DNA from: Bacteroidetes/Chlorobi group bacterium MS-B_bin-24
GTDB taxonomy: Bacteria; Bacteroidota; Ignavibacteria; Kapaibacteriales; UBA2268
NCBI GenBank assembly: GCA_003731685.1
Contig: RCNO01000005.1
Location: 980 to 64,979 of the forward strand
DNA: 64,000 bases
Reading direction: 5' to 3'
The notes under the pieces were generated by a model. That model did not search any database, was not told the DNA's origin, and saw nothing but the letters and a program-made list of their open reading frames with translations. Position numbers and translations under genes: made by a program. How positions within the stretch are numbered: the first letter of the stretch is position 1; each line of letters opens with the position of its first letter. Of the stretch, positions 22,467-31,378 are shown one piece after another.

Positions 22467-22664
22467 TTGAAAATGGAAGACCAACAGAAGCAAAAAGTTG
22501 AAAACATTATGAGGGATACTCGCAAGAATGTCCGCTATATTATTCTTGCATCAAGGAAATTGACACGCAACGAAATGTTACAGGTAATTCGTTTGTTTAA
22601 TTACGACCCACAAAACCTTAAAGCAAAGCCAAATTCTACTATTGTTATTGAAAGCGATTTCTGA
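22467..22664 (+). CDS. hypothetical small protein (65 aa)
   Basis: The ORF exactly fills the hflX-mfd junction. I recognise no motif in it. Support comes from positional packing only. Confidence 0.3.
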   Translation: MKMEDQQKQKVENIMRDTRKNVRYIILASRKLTRNEMLQVIRLFNYDPQNLKAKPNSTIVIESDF

Positions 22665-25600
22665 ACTTGTGGACTTGAATGACGACATAAAATCACTGCT
22701 AAGCCGAATTAGTTCCACAGCCGAAGTCCATCGGTTGCTCGAAGTTGTAGAAAGCAAAAGCGAAATCTATTTGCGCCAACTTTACGGCTCCTCTAAATCT
22801 TTGCTTCTATATCTGATTCGGAACATTCAACCAAAAAGGAAAATTGTCGTTCTCGTCCCCGACGAAGAAACTTTGAGCAAGTATAATCTCGACTTGCAAG
22901 TTTTTTTCGGTCTGGACAATGTGTTTTCTTTTACCACATTTTTCTCTTCGAAATTCCGACAAATTCCAAACGAAAAACTTGAACTAAACATTTACGAAAA
23001 AGTATTTCAATACTTTTCAAATGAAGGTTCGATTTTAATTATCACTCCCGAAGTGCTTGGTCTTACACTACCAAAGCCAAACACTTTCCAAGAGGAACGG
23101 GCTCGTTTTTCAGTTGGTGAGGTTTATCCATATCAGGATTTCATTTCTTCCTTCCTTTTGAAAGGCTTTGAGCGAAAGGATTTTGTCGAAGAGCAAGGAG
23201 ATATTGCAGTTCGCGGGGCGATTGTCGATATTTTCCCACTCGGTATGGACAATCCATTAAGGATTGAGTTCTTTGGCGACGAGATTGAATCTATCCGCCA
23301 GTTCGATATTGAAACTCAAAGAAGTTTGAAGAAGCTCGAAAGCGTAGAAATTATTACTACATTGTTCCAGCAAAAATTCGAGACAACAGACATACGTGGA
23401 TACATAAATTCCGAGGACTTGCTAATAGTCGATAATCCTGAATTTATTCGCAATGCTTATCCCGAAATCAGTTTGCCTTCGGTTAAACAAGTTATTTGGT
23501 TGAATTCCGTGTTTAGTAATGCAATCGAGATTAAAACTGAACCTTTAAAATCGAATTTTGCATCAATTCGAAATTTTGTTAAGGAGTTTTTAGACTATTT
23601 TAATCAGGGATACAAGATTTACTTTACCGCCGATGGCGAACTTCTTTTGAACCGCTTGCGGGAAATCATTTTGAATGCTATTGAAGTTGAATACGAAGGC
23701 AAAAATGATGGGGAGGAAATCAACTATACGCCTGAACAGATAATCGAAAGTTGCTTGTGGTTGGATAGGCCTTTGAGCGAGGGCTTTGTTTTTCCAACAA
23801 CAGGCATAGCCTTGTTCGTTGAACATCAGATTTTTGGCAGGGAAAGACTTCGCGTTCCACAGCACACCAAAGGAAAAGGATTAACACTTCGCGAGCTTAA
23901 GGAATTGAACATAGGCGACTATGTTGTCCACGTTGACAAAGGAATTGCAAAGTTTGATGGGCTCGAAAGAGTTAAGTTCGGCGATAATTTCCAAGATTGC
24001 GTTCGCTTGATTTTTGCCGATAACGATATACTTTACCTAAATCTTAATTATCTATTTAAATTACAGAAGTTTAGAGCCGAAGAAGGAGTTGTTCCTCAAC
24101 TTTCCAAACTTGGAACGAATGAATGGGAAAGGAAGAAGCAACGAATCAAAGAGAAGCTGAAAAAGGATGCCAAAGAATTAATAAGGCTGTATGCCGAAAG
24201 GAAAATCAGGAAAGGTTTTGCGTTTCCGCCCGATACAGTTTGGCAAAAGGAGTTCGAAGCCGCGTTTGTGTTCGAAGATACAATTGACCAAGCAAAAGCC
24301 ACCGAAGAGGTTAAGCGGGATATGGAATCCGAAACACCGATGGACAGGCTGATTTGTGGAGATGTTGGCTTTGGCAAAACGGAGGTTGCGATTCGTGCAG
24401 CATTTAAGGCTGTTCAATCGGGCAAGCAGGTTGCCGTCCTTGTTCCTACCACAATTCTTGCTAGTCAACACGAGGTTACATTCAAGGAAAGATTAAAAAA
24501 CTATCCAGTTATAATTGAATCACTCTCCCGGTTCAAATCATCCAAAGAAACCGAGGAAATTCTGAAAAAGTTAGCGGAAGGTAGGATAGATATTATCATT
24601 GGAACGCATCGCCTTTTAAGCAAGGATGTGCAATTCAAGGACCTTGGTTTGCTAATTATTGACGAGGAGCACCGATTCGGCGTCGCTGCAAAGGAAAAAT
24701 TGCGGCAGCTCAAGGTAAACGTCGATACAATCACAATGACTGCGACTCCCATTCCAAGAACCTTGAAGTTTTCCTTGCTTGGGGTTCGGGATATGAGTTT
24801 GATGGAGACGCCTCCACGAAATCGCTTGCCAATTTATACCGAAATTATTTATTGGGAAGATGAAATCATACGCAAGGCAATTTTGCGCGAATTAGCTCGT
24901 AATGGTCAAGTGTTTTTCGTTGTTGACCAAATTTCGCGTATAGACAAAGTATACGAACGTTTGGTCCGAATTGTTCCCAATTCTAAAATTGGTGTTGCAC
25001 ACGGGCAAATGAAAAGTTCTGAACTCGAAAAAGTTATGTCCGATTTCATTCTTGGCAAATATGATATTCTTTTGACCACAAAAATTATCGAGTCGGGTTT
25101 GGACATTCCTCGCACAAACACGATATTCATCCACAATGCACAAAATTTCGGGCTTGCAGAATTGTACCAACTACGCGGTCGGGTAGGAAGGACAAATATC
25201 CAAGCTTATTGCTATCTAATTATTCCACCATTGGAGGCGTTGACAAAGAAGGCTTTGCGGCGGTTGCAGGCTCTCGAAGAATATACCGATTTGGGTAGTG
25301 GCTTGAAGCTTGCATTGCGGGATTTGGAAATTCGTGGTGCTGGCGATATTTTTGGCTACGAGCAAAGCGGTTTCATAAATGAAATTGGCTTCGAAATGTA
25401 CCAAAAGATACTCGACGAAGCGATTAGGGAACTGAAAACGACCGAGTTTAAAGAATTCTTTCCCGAAGCAGGGAAAGAGCGTTCACTTGAATTTCTCGAA
25501 AATAACGAGCTTCAAATCGAGGTTGATTTCGATGCCTTCATTCCCGAAACCTATATCCAAACCGAGTCTGAACGATTCCGCTATTACAAGGAACTTTACA

Positions 25601-25965
25601 ACATTCGCTATCCACAAGAAATAGCAAATCTGCGAAATGAAATGCGCGATAAATTTGGCGAAATTCCTCAAGAACTTGAAAATTTGTTCAAAATAGTTTC
25701 CCTTCGGATAAAGGCTCTCAATACGGGAATCCAAAAAATCATTTACAGGTTTAAACTTTTGACAATTGAATTTCCAGATGATAGCAACACAGAATTTTAC
25801 GATAAAATCCTCCCTGTAATTACAGATTTTTCAATTTCGTTCGATGGTGCCAAACTTTTGCAGAAAAAAAATAGACTTTGCTTGCAATCAAAAGTCGATT
25901 CTTTCGACAAGGCTGTCGAGATTGTTTGGAGGCTTGGTAAAACGATTCAAAGCGAGGTGGAATGA
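22642..25965 (+). CDS. mfd: transcription-repair coupling factor
   Basis: 1107 aa. The RNAP-interacting domain is DYVVHVDKGIAKFDG. Helicase motifs are GDVGFGKTEVA, DEEHRFG and QLRGRVGR. The true start may be a few codons downstream (GTG 22669). Confidence 0.95.
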   Translation: MLLKAISELVDLNDDIKSLLSRISSTAEVHRLLEVVESKSEIYLRQLYGSSKSLLLYLIRNIQPKRKIVVLVPDEETLSKYNLDLQVFFGLDNVFSFTTFFSSKFRQIPNEKLELNIYEKVFQYFSNEGSILIITPEVLGLTLPKPNTFQEERARFSVGEVYPYQDFISSFLLKGFERKDFVEEQGDIAVRGAIVDIFPLGMDNPLRIEFFGDEIESIRQFDIETQRSLKKLESVEIITTLFQQKFETTDIRGYINSEDLLIVDNPEFIRNAYPEISLPSVKQVIWLNSVFSNAIEIKTEPLKSNFASIRNFVKEFLDYFNQGYKIYFTADGELLLNRLREIILNAIEVEYEGKNDGEEINYTPEQIIESCLWLDRPLSEGFVFPTTGIALFVEHQIFGRERLRVPQHTKGKGLTLRELKELNIGDYVVHVDKGIAKFDGLERVKFGDNFQDCVRLIFADNDILYLNLNYLFKLQKFRAEEGVVPQLSKLGTNEWERKKQRIKEKLKKDAKELIRLYAERKIRKGFAFPPDTVWQKEFEAAFVFEDTIDQAKATEEVKRDMESETPMDRLICGDVGFGKTEVAIRAAFKAVQSGKQVAVLVPTTILASQHEVTFKERLKNYPVIIESLSRFKSSKETEEILKKLAEGRIDIIIGTHRLLSKDVQFKDLGLLIIDEEHRFGVAAKEKLRQLKVNVDTITMTATPIPRTLKFSLLGVRDMSLMETPPRNRLPIYTEIIYWEDEIIRKAILRELARNGQVFFVVDQISRIDKVYERLVRIVPNSKIGVAHGQMKSSELEKVMSDFILGKYDILLTTKIIESGLDIPRTNTIFIHNAQNFGLAELYQLRGRVGRTNIQAYCYLIIPPLEALTKKALRRLQALEEYTDLGSGLKLALRDLEIRGAGDIFGYEQSGFINEIGFEMYQKILDEAIRELKTTEFKEFFPEAGKERSLEFLENNELQIEVDFDAFIPETYIQTESERFRYYKELYNIRYPQEIANLRNEMRDKFGEIPQELENLFKIVSLRIKALNTGIQKIIYRFKLLTIEFPDDSNTEFYDKILPVITDFSISFDGAKLLQKKNRLCLQSKVDSFDKAVEIVWRLGKTIQSEVE

Positions 25966-26627
25966 ACGAGAATTATATTTTGGCTTTGGAAACTGCAACC
26001 AATGTTTGCTCTGTTTGCTTGGCAAATGGCGATTTTCCTTTGGTTGAACATACAATTTACATTCCTAATTCCGTAGACCAAATGTTGGCTCAAATTGCCA
26101 AAAGAATTCTTGATGATGTCTATTTAACTTTCGACAGACTCTTTGCAGTTGCGGTATCATCTGGACCGGGTTCGTTCACTGGTTTACGAATCGGAGCAGC
26201 ATTTGCCAAAGGTTTGTGTTTCGATGGCAAAACAAAATTAGTTCCTGTGCCAACGCTTTCTGCAATGGCTTACGCCTGCTTGGAACTTGCTCAAGTTGTC
26301 GATGCTGAACGAATTGTTGTCGTTCTGCATTCTCACAAGGATATTTATTATTTCCAGTTTTTCGATACCGAAGGCAAAGAAACGACACAGGTGAATTTGT
26401 GCACAATAGATGAGCTTCGTGAAGTTGTTAAAGATAATGATTTTTTATACTCTCCGAGTACTGTTGATATTCAACGAGTAAAGAAACTTGATAAGACAAA
26501 TTTGCTAACAGCGAAACACATTGCCCAACTCGGGTGGAAATTGTTCACTGTTGGAACAACAGTAGACCCTGCGGAATTTGTTCCAAGCTACCACCAACAA
26601 TTCACGCCGAAACTGAAAGGGAAATAA
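25962..26627 (+). CDS. tsaB: tRNA t6A biosynthesis protein TsaB (YeaZ)
   Basis: 221 aa. Sequence ILALETATNVCSVCL ... SSGPGSFTGLRIGAAFAKGL. It has a 4-nt overlap with mfd. Confidence 0.85.
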   Translation: MNENYILALETATNVCSVCLANGDFPLVEHTIYIPNSVDQMLAQIAKRILDDVYLTFDRLFAVAVSSGPGSFTGLRIGAAFAKGLCFDGKTKLVPVPTLSAMAYACLELAQVVDAERIVVVLHSHKDIYYFQFFDTEGKETTQVNLCTIDELREVVKDNDFLYSPSTVDIQRVKKLDKTNLLTAKHIAQLGWKLFTVGTTVDPAEFVPSYHQQFTPKLKGK

Positions 26628-26634
26628 CCCTAAT

Positions 26635-26659
26635 AAAGTTTCGGCATATTTGAAACTTT
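26635..26659. terminator. possible weak bidirectional hairpin between the convergent tsaB and TPR genes
   Basis: AAAGTTTC-GGCATATTT-GAAACTTT, an 8-bp AT-rich stem flanked by A/T runs. It would be weak thermodynamically. Confidence 0.3.
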
Positions 26660-26677
26660 AACCGAGCTGGATAATAA

Positions 26678-27373
26678 TCAAAAAGTAACATCCTTGAATT
26701 CGTCGAGCATTTCCAATGCTCGCTGGGCTTTTCGGTCTTCGGGGTCGAGTTCCAAAGCCTTTCGGTAAGCCATTTTTGCTTCATATTTTTTGCCTAGATA
26801 AAGATATGCATCGCCCAGAAGTGCATAAGCTGCTGCTGAATCAGGATTTTTCTCGATTATCTTTTTGAAATTTTGGACTGCTTCCTCGTAATTACCCAAT
26901 CTTAGGTTTGTAACTCCAAGATGATGATAGGCAATATAAAAATTTGGATTTTTTTCAATGACTTGAAGATAATGTTGACGCGCTTCGCGAATATGACCAT
27001 AATGGTAATTCAAAATACCAAGCCAATAGCGAGCCATCAAAAAGTTAGGGTCGAGCTCCAACACTGTTTGCATCGTGTTAATTGCTTTTCTTATCCTGAC
27101 CTGACGATAATAAGCGAGTGCAAGCTCGTAACGAGCAGTTGGGAACCGAGGCAGTAGCTCGACAGCTTTTTCTAAATATTCCACAGCTTTGTCCAAATCG
27201 CCAATCCGGTAATAAACATTCCCGCAGTGTTTATACACGATACCGCGCGAGGGGTCGCGGGCAATCACTTTGTTGTAGTATTCTATTGCTTTGAAGTATT
27301 CGCCGTTTGTCTCGGCTTGATAGGCAGCAAGAATATCTGGGTCATCAGAATCAAATTTTCTTACTTCGTTCAT
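26678..27373 (-). CDS. tetratricopeptide (TPR) repeat protein
   Basis: 231 aa with six or so 34-residue repeats showing the A..Y...G.Y..A...Y.KALELDP pattern. Confidence 0.8.
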   Translation of the reverse strand: MNEVRKFDSDDPDILAAYQAETNGEYFKAIEYYNKVIARDPSRGIVYKHCGNVYYRIGDLDKAVEYLEKAVELLPRFPTARYELALAYYRQVRIRKAINTMQTVLELDPNFLMARYWLGILNYHYGHIREARQHYLQVIEKNPNFYIAYHHLGVTNLRLGNYEEAVQNFKKIIEKNPDSAAAYALLGDAYLYLGKKYEAKMAYRKALELDPEDRKAQRALEMLDEFKDVTF

Positions 27374-27380
27374 AGTCCAC

Positions 27381-28259
27381 CTAAAAAGTTAATGGAACAG
27401 GTTTTTCTCCTGAATAATCATAAAATCCACGACCACTTTTGCGTCCCAAATGTCCAGCAGCCACAAGTTTCTTCAACAGCGGGGCTGGGCGGAATCTTGG
27501 GTCTCCTAAGTCTTGATGAAGGACATTCATAATAGCCAAAGTGGTGTCCAATCCGATCAAGTCGGCAAGGGCGAGTGGACCCATCGGATGCGAAAAGCCT
27601 AATTTTGCAACTTCATCGATGGCATCGACTGTTCCAATGTGCTCCATTACAGCCCAAATAGCTTCGTTGATGAAAGGCATTAAGATTCTGTTTGCAATGA
27701 AGCCCGGATAGTCGTTGGCAAGGACAGGCACTTTCCCCAGCTTTTCGGCAAGGGTTTTAACAGTCTCGTATGTTTCGTCGCTTGTAGCAAGCCCGCGAAT
27801 AACTTCGACCAGACGCATCATTGGGACAGGATTCATAAAATGCATACCAATAACTTTGTCGGGTCGTTTGGTTTTGGCTGCGATTTCGGTGATGGAGATT
27901 GTCGAAGTGTTTGTTGCCAGAATAACTTCGGGGCGAACCAACTGGTCAAGCCCGGCAAAGATTTTGAACTTAAGTTCTTTGTTTTCGCTTACAGCCTCGA
28001 CAACGAAATCGCAATCGGCGCCATCGTTGAAATTGGTTGTTGGGGAAATCCGAGAAAGGGTTTCGGTCATTTGTTGCTCTGTGATTGTGCCTTTTTTCAC
28101 TTGCCTACCCAGATTTTTTTCGATAGTAGCCATTCCGTTTTTTAAAGCGTTTTCGTAAGCATCGCAAAGAACAACATTAAAGCCGAATTGGGCAAAAGTG
28201 TGGGCAATACCATTTCCCATTGTTCCTGCCCCAAGAACCAAAACTTTTTGAATAGCCAT
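27381..28259 (-). CDS. hbd: 3-hydroxybutyryl-CoA dehydrogenase
   Basis: The Rossmann N-terminus [23 protein letters not shown] starts at ATG 28259. Further motifs are [15 protein letters not shown] and [15 protein letters not shown]. Confidence 0.92.
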   Translation of the reverse strand: MAIQKVLVLGAGTMGNGIAHTFAQFGFNVVLCDAYENALKNGMATIEKNLGRQVKKGTITEQQMTETLSRISPTTNFNDGADCDFVVEAVSENKELKFKIFAGLDQLVRPEVILATNTSTISITEIAAKTKRPDKVIGMHFMNPVPMMRLVEVIRGLATSDETYETVKTLAEKLGKVPVLANDYPGFIANRILMPFINEAIWAVMEHIGTVDAIDEVAKLGFSHPMGPLALADLIGLDTTLAIMNVLHQDLGDPRFRPAPLLKKLVAAGHLGRKSGRGFYDYSGEKPVPLTF

Positions 28260-28400
28260 TTTTAAACCTTTTTGTAAAACAAACAATTTCAAAATAGTAA
28301 AAGTATGAAAAAAAACAAAAATAAAAGAAAAACATTTTCAATACAGAATAAATTTTCTAATTTTAAATGTGATTTTTGTGGAAAAATAAGAATCTGCTTA

Positions 28401-28428
28401 GTAGGGGCGAATAATTATTCACCCCTAC
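28401..28428. other. GC-clamped hairpin in a long non-coding region
   Basis: GTAGGGG-C-GAATAATTATTC-A-CCCCTAC. The outer stem is 7 bp and the inner 12-nt segment is self-complementary. There is a single copy in this window. Confidence 0.6.
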
Positions 28429-28498
28429 GAGATATTAAATTATTTGGTGTTTAAACCGCAAATCCTATTTCCTGACCCATACGGAGTTTATTACAAAA

Positions 28499-28531
28499 AG
28501 ACATCGAATGTTTTCGAAACATCCGATGTCT
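28499..28531. repeat. 33-bp palindromic intergenic repeat, copy 4 (loop TCG, one arm mismatch)
   Basis: AGACATCGAATGTTT-TCG-AAACATCCGATGTCT. It lies in the divergent hbd/pheT intergenic region. Confidence 0.9.
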
Positions 28532-28930
28532 GAAAAAATTTCAAATTATGACAAATTTTTAAAGTTCAAATATAGGATGGATTGTGTTGAGCAATTTCCT
28601 AATTTTATTTTTATCTTAATTTCATTAAGTTAAATTAACAAACACTTTCAGCATAAAATTTAGTTTTTGTAATTTTTTCCTTTGTGCATTAGATTTTCGT
28701 TTCGGGTTATGAGAATGTGTGTTTTACTGGAAAAATGTAATTAAGTGGGTTTGGGGGCAAATGTAAATTGGCATTTGGTGTTTCTTTGTCTATTTTAAAA
28801 ATTTGAAGTAAGAATTAAAAATAGAATGGTGTTTTTTGTGTAATTTACTGCTTGGTTGAAATTGATGATTATCAATCACATTAAATTTGTTTAATTTGCA
28901 TATTTTTAAATTACTTAATTCGTTAGGGAA

Positions 28931-31348
28931 ATGAAAATTTCGTTAAATCTTTTGAGACAATTCGTTGATATACCGACGGATTCGACGGAAATCTCCAATG
29001 TTTTGACCTCGCTTGGCTTCGAGGTTGAAGAAATTTTCGATTTGAACGAGAAATATAAAAATTTTGTTGTCGGGGAAGTTAAATCCTGCGAAAAAGTTAC
29101 CGAAAAGCTATCTTTTTGCCGAGTTACCGACGGGGCGAATGTTGTTGATGTTATCTGTGGTGCTCCTAACGTTGCCCAAGGGCAAAAGGTTGTGCTTGCT
29201 CTTCCTGGGGCAGTTATTCCAAAAAATAAATTGGAAATAAAACCAACCGTTATACGGGGTATAAATTCGACGGGAATGATTTGCAGTGAAGATGAGTTGG
29301 AAATTGGGGATTGTGCCGATAAGATTTTGGTTCTGCCTTTGGATGCACCGGTTGGAATCCCGTTTGCGAATTACTTTGAGCTGAACGATGTTGTGTATGA
29401 AATTGCAATTACACCAAATCGAGGCGATTGTTTAAGTCATTTGGGCATCGCTCGCGAGCTTTCGGCGTATTATCATCGACCTTTGAAAGTTCCAGCAATA
29501 GATTTTGAGGAAGATGAAAAAAGCAATATCGGCGAGTTTGTAGAAGTTGAAGTTCTGGACAGCGAAAAGTGTCCTCGCTATTCTGCTCGGGTAGTTTGCG
29601 ATGTAGAAGTGGTCGAATCTCCGCAATGGATGAAATCAAAACTTATTGCACTGGGGCTAAGACCAATTAACGCTGTGGTAGATGTAACGAATTATGTAAT
29701 GATGGAGTTGGGGCAGCCATTGCACGCATTTGACTACGATAGGCTGACAGGGAAGAAAATCATTGTTCGGACAGCAAGCGAGGGCGAAAAATTTGTAACT
29801 TTGGATGGCAAAGAAAGGGAATTGGATTCGACGATGCTAATGATTTGCGATGCCAACCGACCTGTGGCAATTGGTGGAGTGATGGGCGGCGAAAATAGCG
29901 AAATCACCAAAGAAACGAGGAATGTGTTTCTGGAATCTGCTTTCTTTAGCCCTACATCAATTAGAAGAACCTCGAAGAAATTGGGTTTGGTAAGCGAATC
30001 ATCATATAGATTCGAGCGTGGAGTCGATTATGGCAATGTCGTTTTTGCTTTAAACAGAGCAGCGCAACTTATCGCTCGCCTTACAAATGGTAAAATCGTT
30101 AAAGATTATATTGATGTTTATCCTAAAAAGATTGAAAATAAATATATTCCTTTGAGATTTCAAAGAGTGAATTGGGTGCTGGGAATTGATATAGAAAAGG
30201 AAAGAATTGTCAACATATTGACTGGATTGGGGTTTAAAATTTTTGAACAGGATGGAGATAAGGTTGTATTCCAAGTTCCCACCCACCGATTCGATGTTGA
30301 ACAGGAAATTGATTTAATTGAAGAAATCGCTCGTTTCGTTGGTTACGATAATATTCCCGAAGACCGAAGTTACTCGATAACATTTTCGGGAGAGAAACAA
30401 AAGACACCGCTCGATGTTCCCGAAGTTAGGCAGGAAATTAAAAATTACTTTGTTTTCAATGGTTTTCAAGAGATTCTGACCCAAAATTTGTATAACCCGA
30501 ATAAGATGCGTTTGTTTTGCGATGGAGAGTTTATAGAAATTGCGAATCCTTTGGGCGAAGAATACTCAATTGTTCGGGCGAGTTCGTTGGCACCAGTGCT
30601 CGAAGTTGCGAAATATAACATCAACATTGGGCGAAAAGATTTCAGAATCTTTGAAATTGGTAAAGAATTTCGCAAGAACAACACAAGTCAGGGATTTATA
30701 GAAGGCATCGAAGAAAAAGAAGTCCTGTCGATTGCAGTTAGTGGCTTGTCCTCCCCATTACAATGGGGGGAAACAACACGACTTGTCGATTTCTACGACA
30801 TTAAAGGCATATTTGAACATTTCCTCTCTACTTTTTCGGTGGTAAATTTTGAAATCGAACCTACAAAGCATCCCAATAGCATATTTGGAAGCGAAGCAGG
30901 TATAATTAAAATCGATGGCGGAGTGGAAGGGGAATTCGGCGTGGTTTCGAAGGAGCTTAAAAAGGTTTTCGACATTGACCAAAACTTGTATTTTGGCTAT
31001 TTGAATCTGAGATGGTTGTATTCCTTCACAAGGAAATTGTCGAAATATGCAAAGATTTCGCCTTTCCCTGTTGTTCGCCGAGACCTTGCATTTGTGGTTG
31101 ACGAGGGAATTCCCGCAGGCGAGATTTTGGAACTCATTTGGAAAACTGGTGGCGACTTCCTTCGCAATGTCGTTATTTTTGATGTTTACAAAGGTAAAAA
31201 TATTGGCTCGGGCAAAAAGAATCTTGCCTTTGCACTGTTTTTCAACTCAAACGAGAGAACATTGACCGAAGAGGAAGTTAACGCTTGGATACAGCGGATT
31301 GTCGAAACAATCCAAACCCTGAAGGGCGCCGAACTACGCGTATTTTGA
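28931..31348 (+). CDS. pheT: phenylalanine--tRNA ligase beta subunit
   Basis: 805 aa. The N-terminus is MKISLNLLRQFVDI. It has a tRNA-binding domain, B3/4 and B5 domains, and the C-terminal FDX-ACB motif ISPFPVVRRDLAFVV. Confidence 0.95.
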   Translation: MKISLNLLRQFVDIPTDSTEISNVLTSLGFEVEEIFDLNEKYKNFVVGEVKSCEKVTEKLSFCRVTDGANVVDVICGAPNVAQGQKVVLALPGAVIPKNKLEIKPTVIRGINSTGMICSEDELEIGDCADKILVLPLDAPVGIPFANYFELNDVVYEIAITPNRGDCLSHLGIARELSAYYHRPLKVPAIDFEEDEKSNIGEFVEVEVLDSEKCPRYSARVVCDVEVVESPQWMKSKLIALGLRPINAVVDVTNYVMMELGQPLHAFDYDRLTGKKIIVRTASEGEKFVTLDGKERELDSTMLMICDANRPVAIGGVMGGENSEITKETRNVFLESAFFSPTSIRRTSKKLGLVSESSYRFERGVDYGNVVFALNRAAQLIARLTNGKIVKDYIDVYPKKIENKYIPLRFQRVNWVLGIDIEKERIVNILTGLGFKIFEQDGDKVVFQVPTHRFDVEQEIDLIEEIARFVGYDNIPEDRSYSITFSGEKQKTPLDVPEVRQEIKNYFVFNGFQEILTQNLYNPNKMRLFCDGEFIEIANPLGEEYSIVRASSLAPVLEVAKYNINIGRKDFRIFEIGKEFRKNNTSQGFIEGIEEKEVLSIAVSGLSSPLQWGETTRLVDFYDIKGIFEHFLSTFSVVNFEIEPTKHPNSIFGSEAGIIKIDGGVEGEFGVVSKELKKVFDIDQNLYFGYLNLRWLYSFTRKLSKYAKISPFPVVRRDLAFVVDEGIPAGEILELIWKTGGDFLRNVVIFDVYKGKNIGSGKKNLAFALFFNSNERTLTEEEVNAWIQRIVETIQTLKGAELRVF

Positions 31349-31378
31349 TTTCGATTATAATTAAAATTTGTCATAAAA

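Noticed and set aside
28305-28454. A 49-codon [52 protein letters not shown], with a basic N-terminus and a CxxC.
   Set aside because: It runs straight through the GC-clamped hairpin and has poly-A-driven Lys/Asn content. It has only half a zinc-ribbon motif and no supporting signals. It is probably a chance ORF.
28826-28843. A mini-ORF, ATG GTG TTT TTT GTG TAA (MVFFV), upstream of pheT as a Phe-codon attenuation leader.
   Set aside because: It has only two Phe codons. No adjacent terminator/antiterminator pair with a U-run is present; the nearby ATTGAT-GATT-ATCAAT stem is weak. An AT-rich region produces such mini-ORFs by chance.
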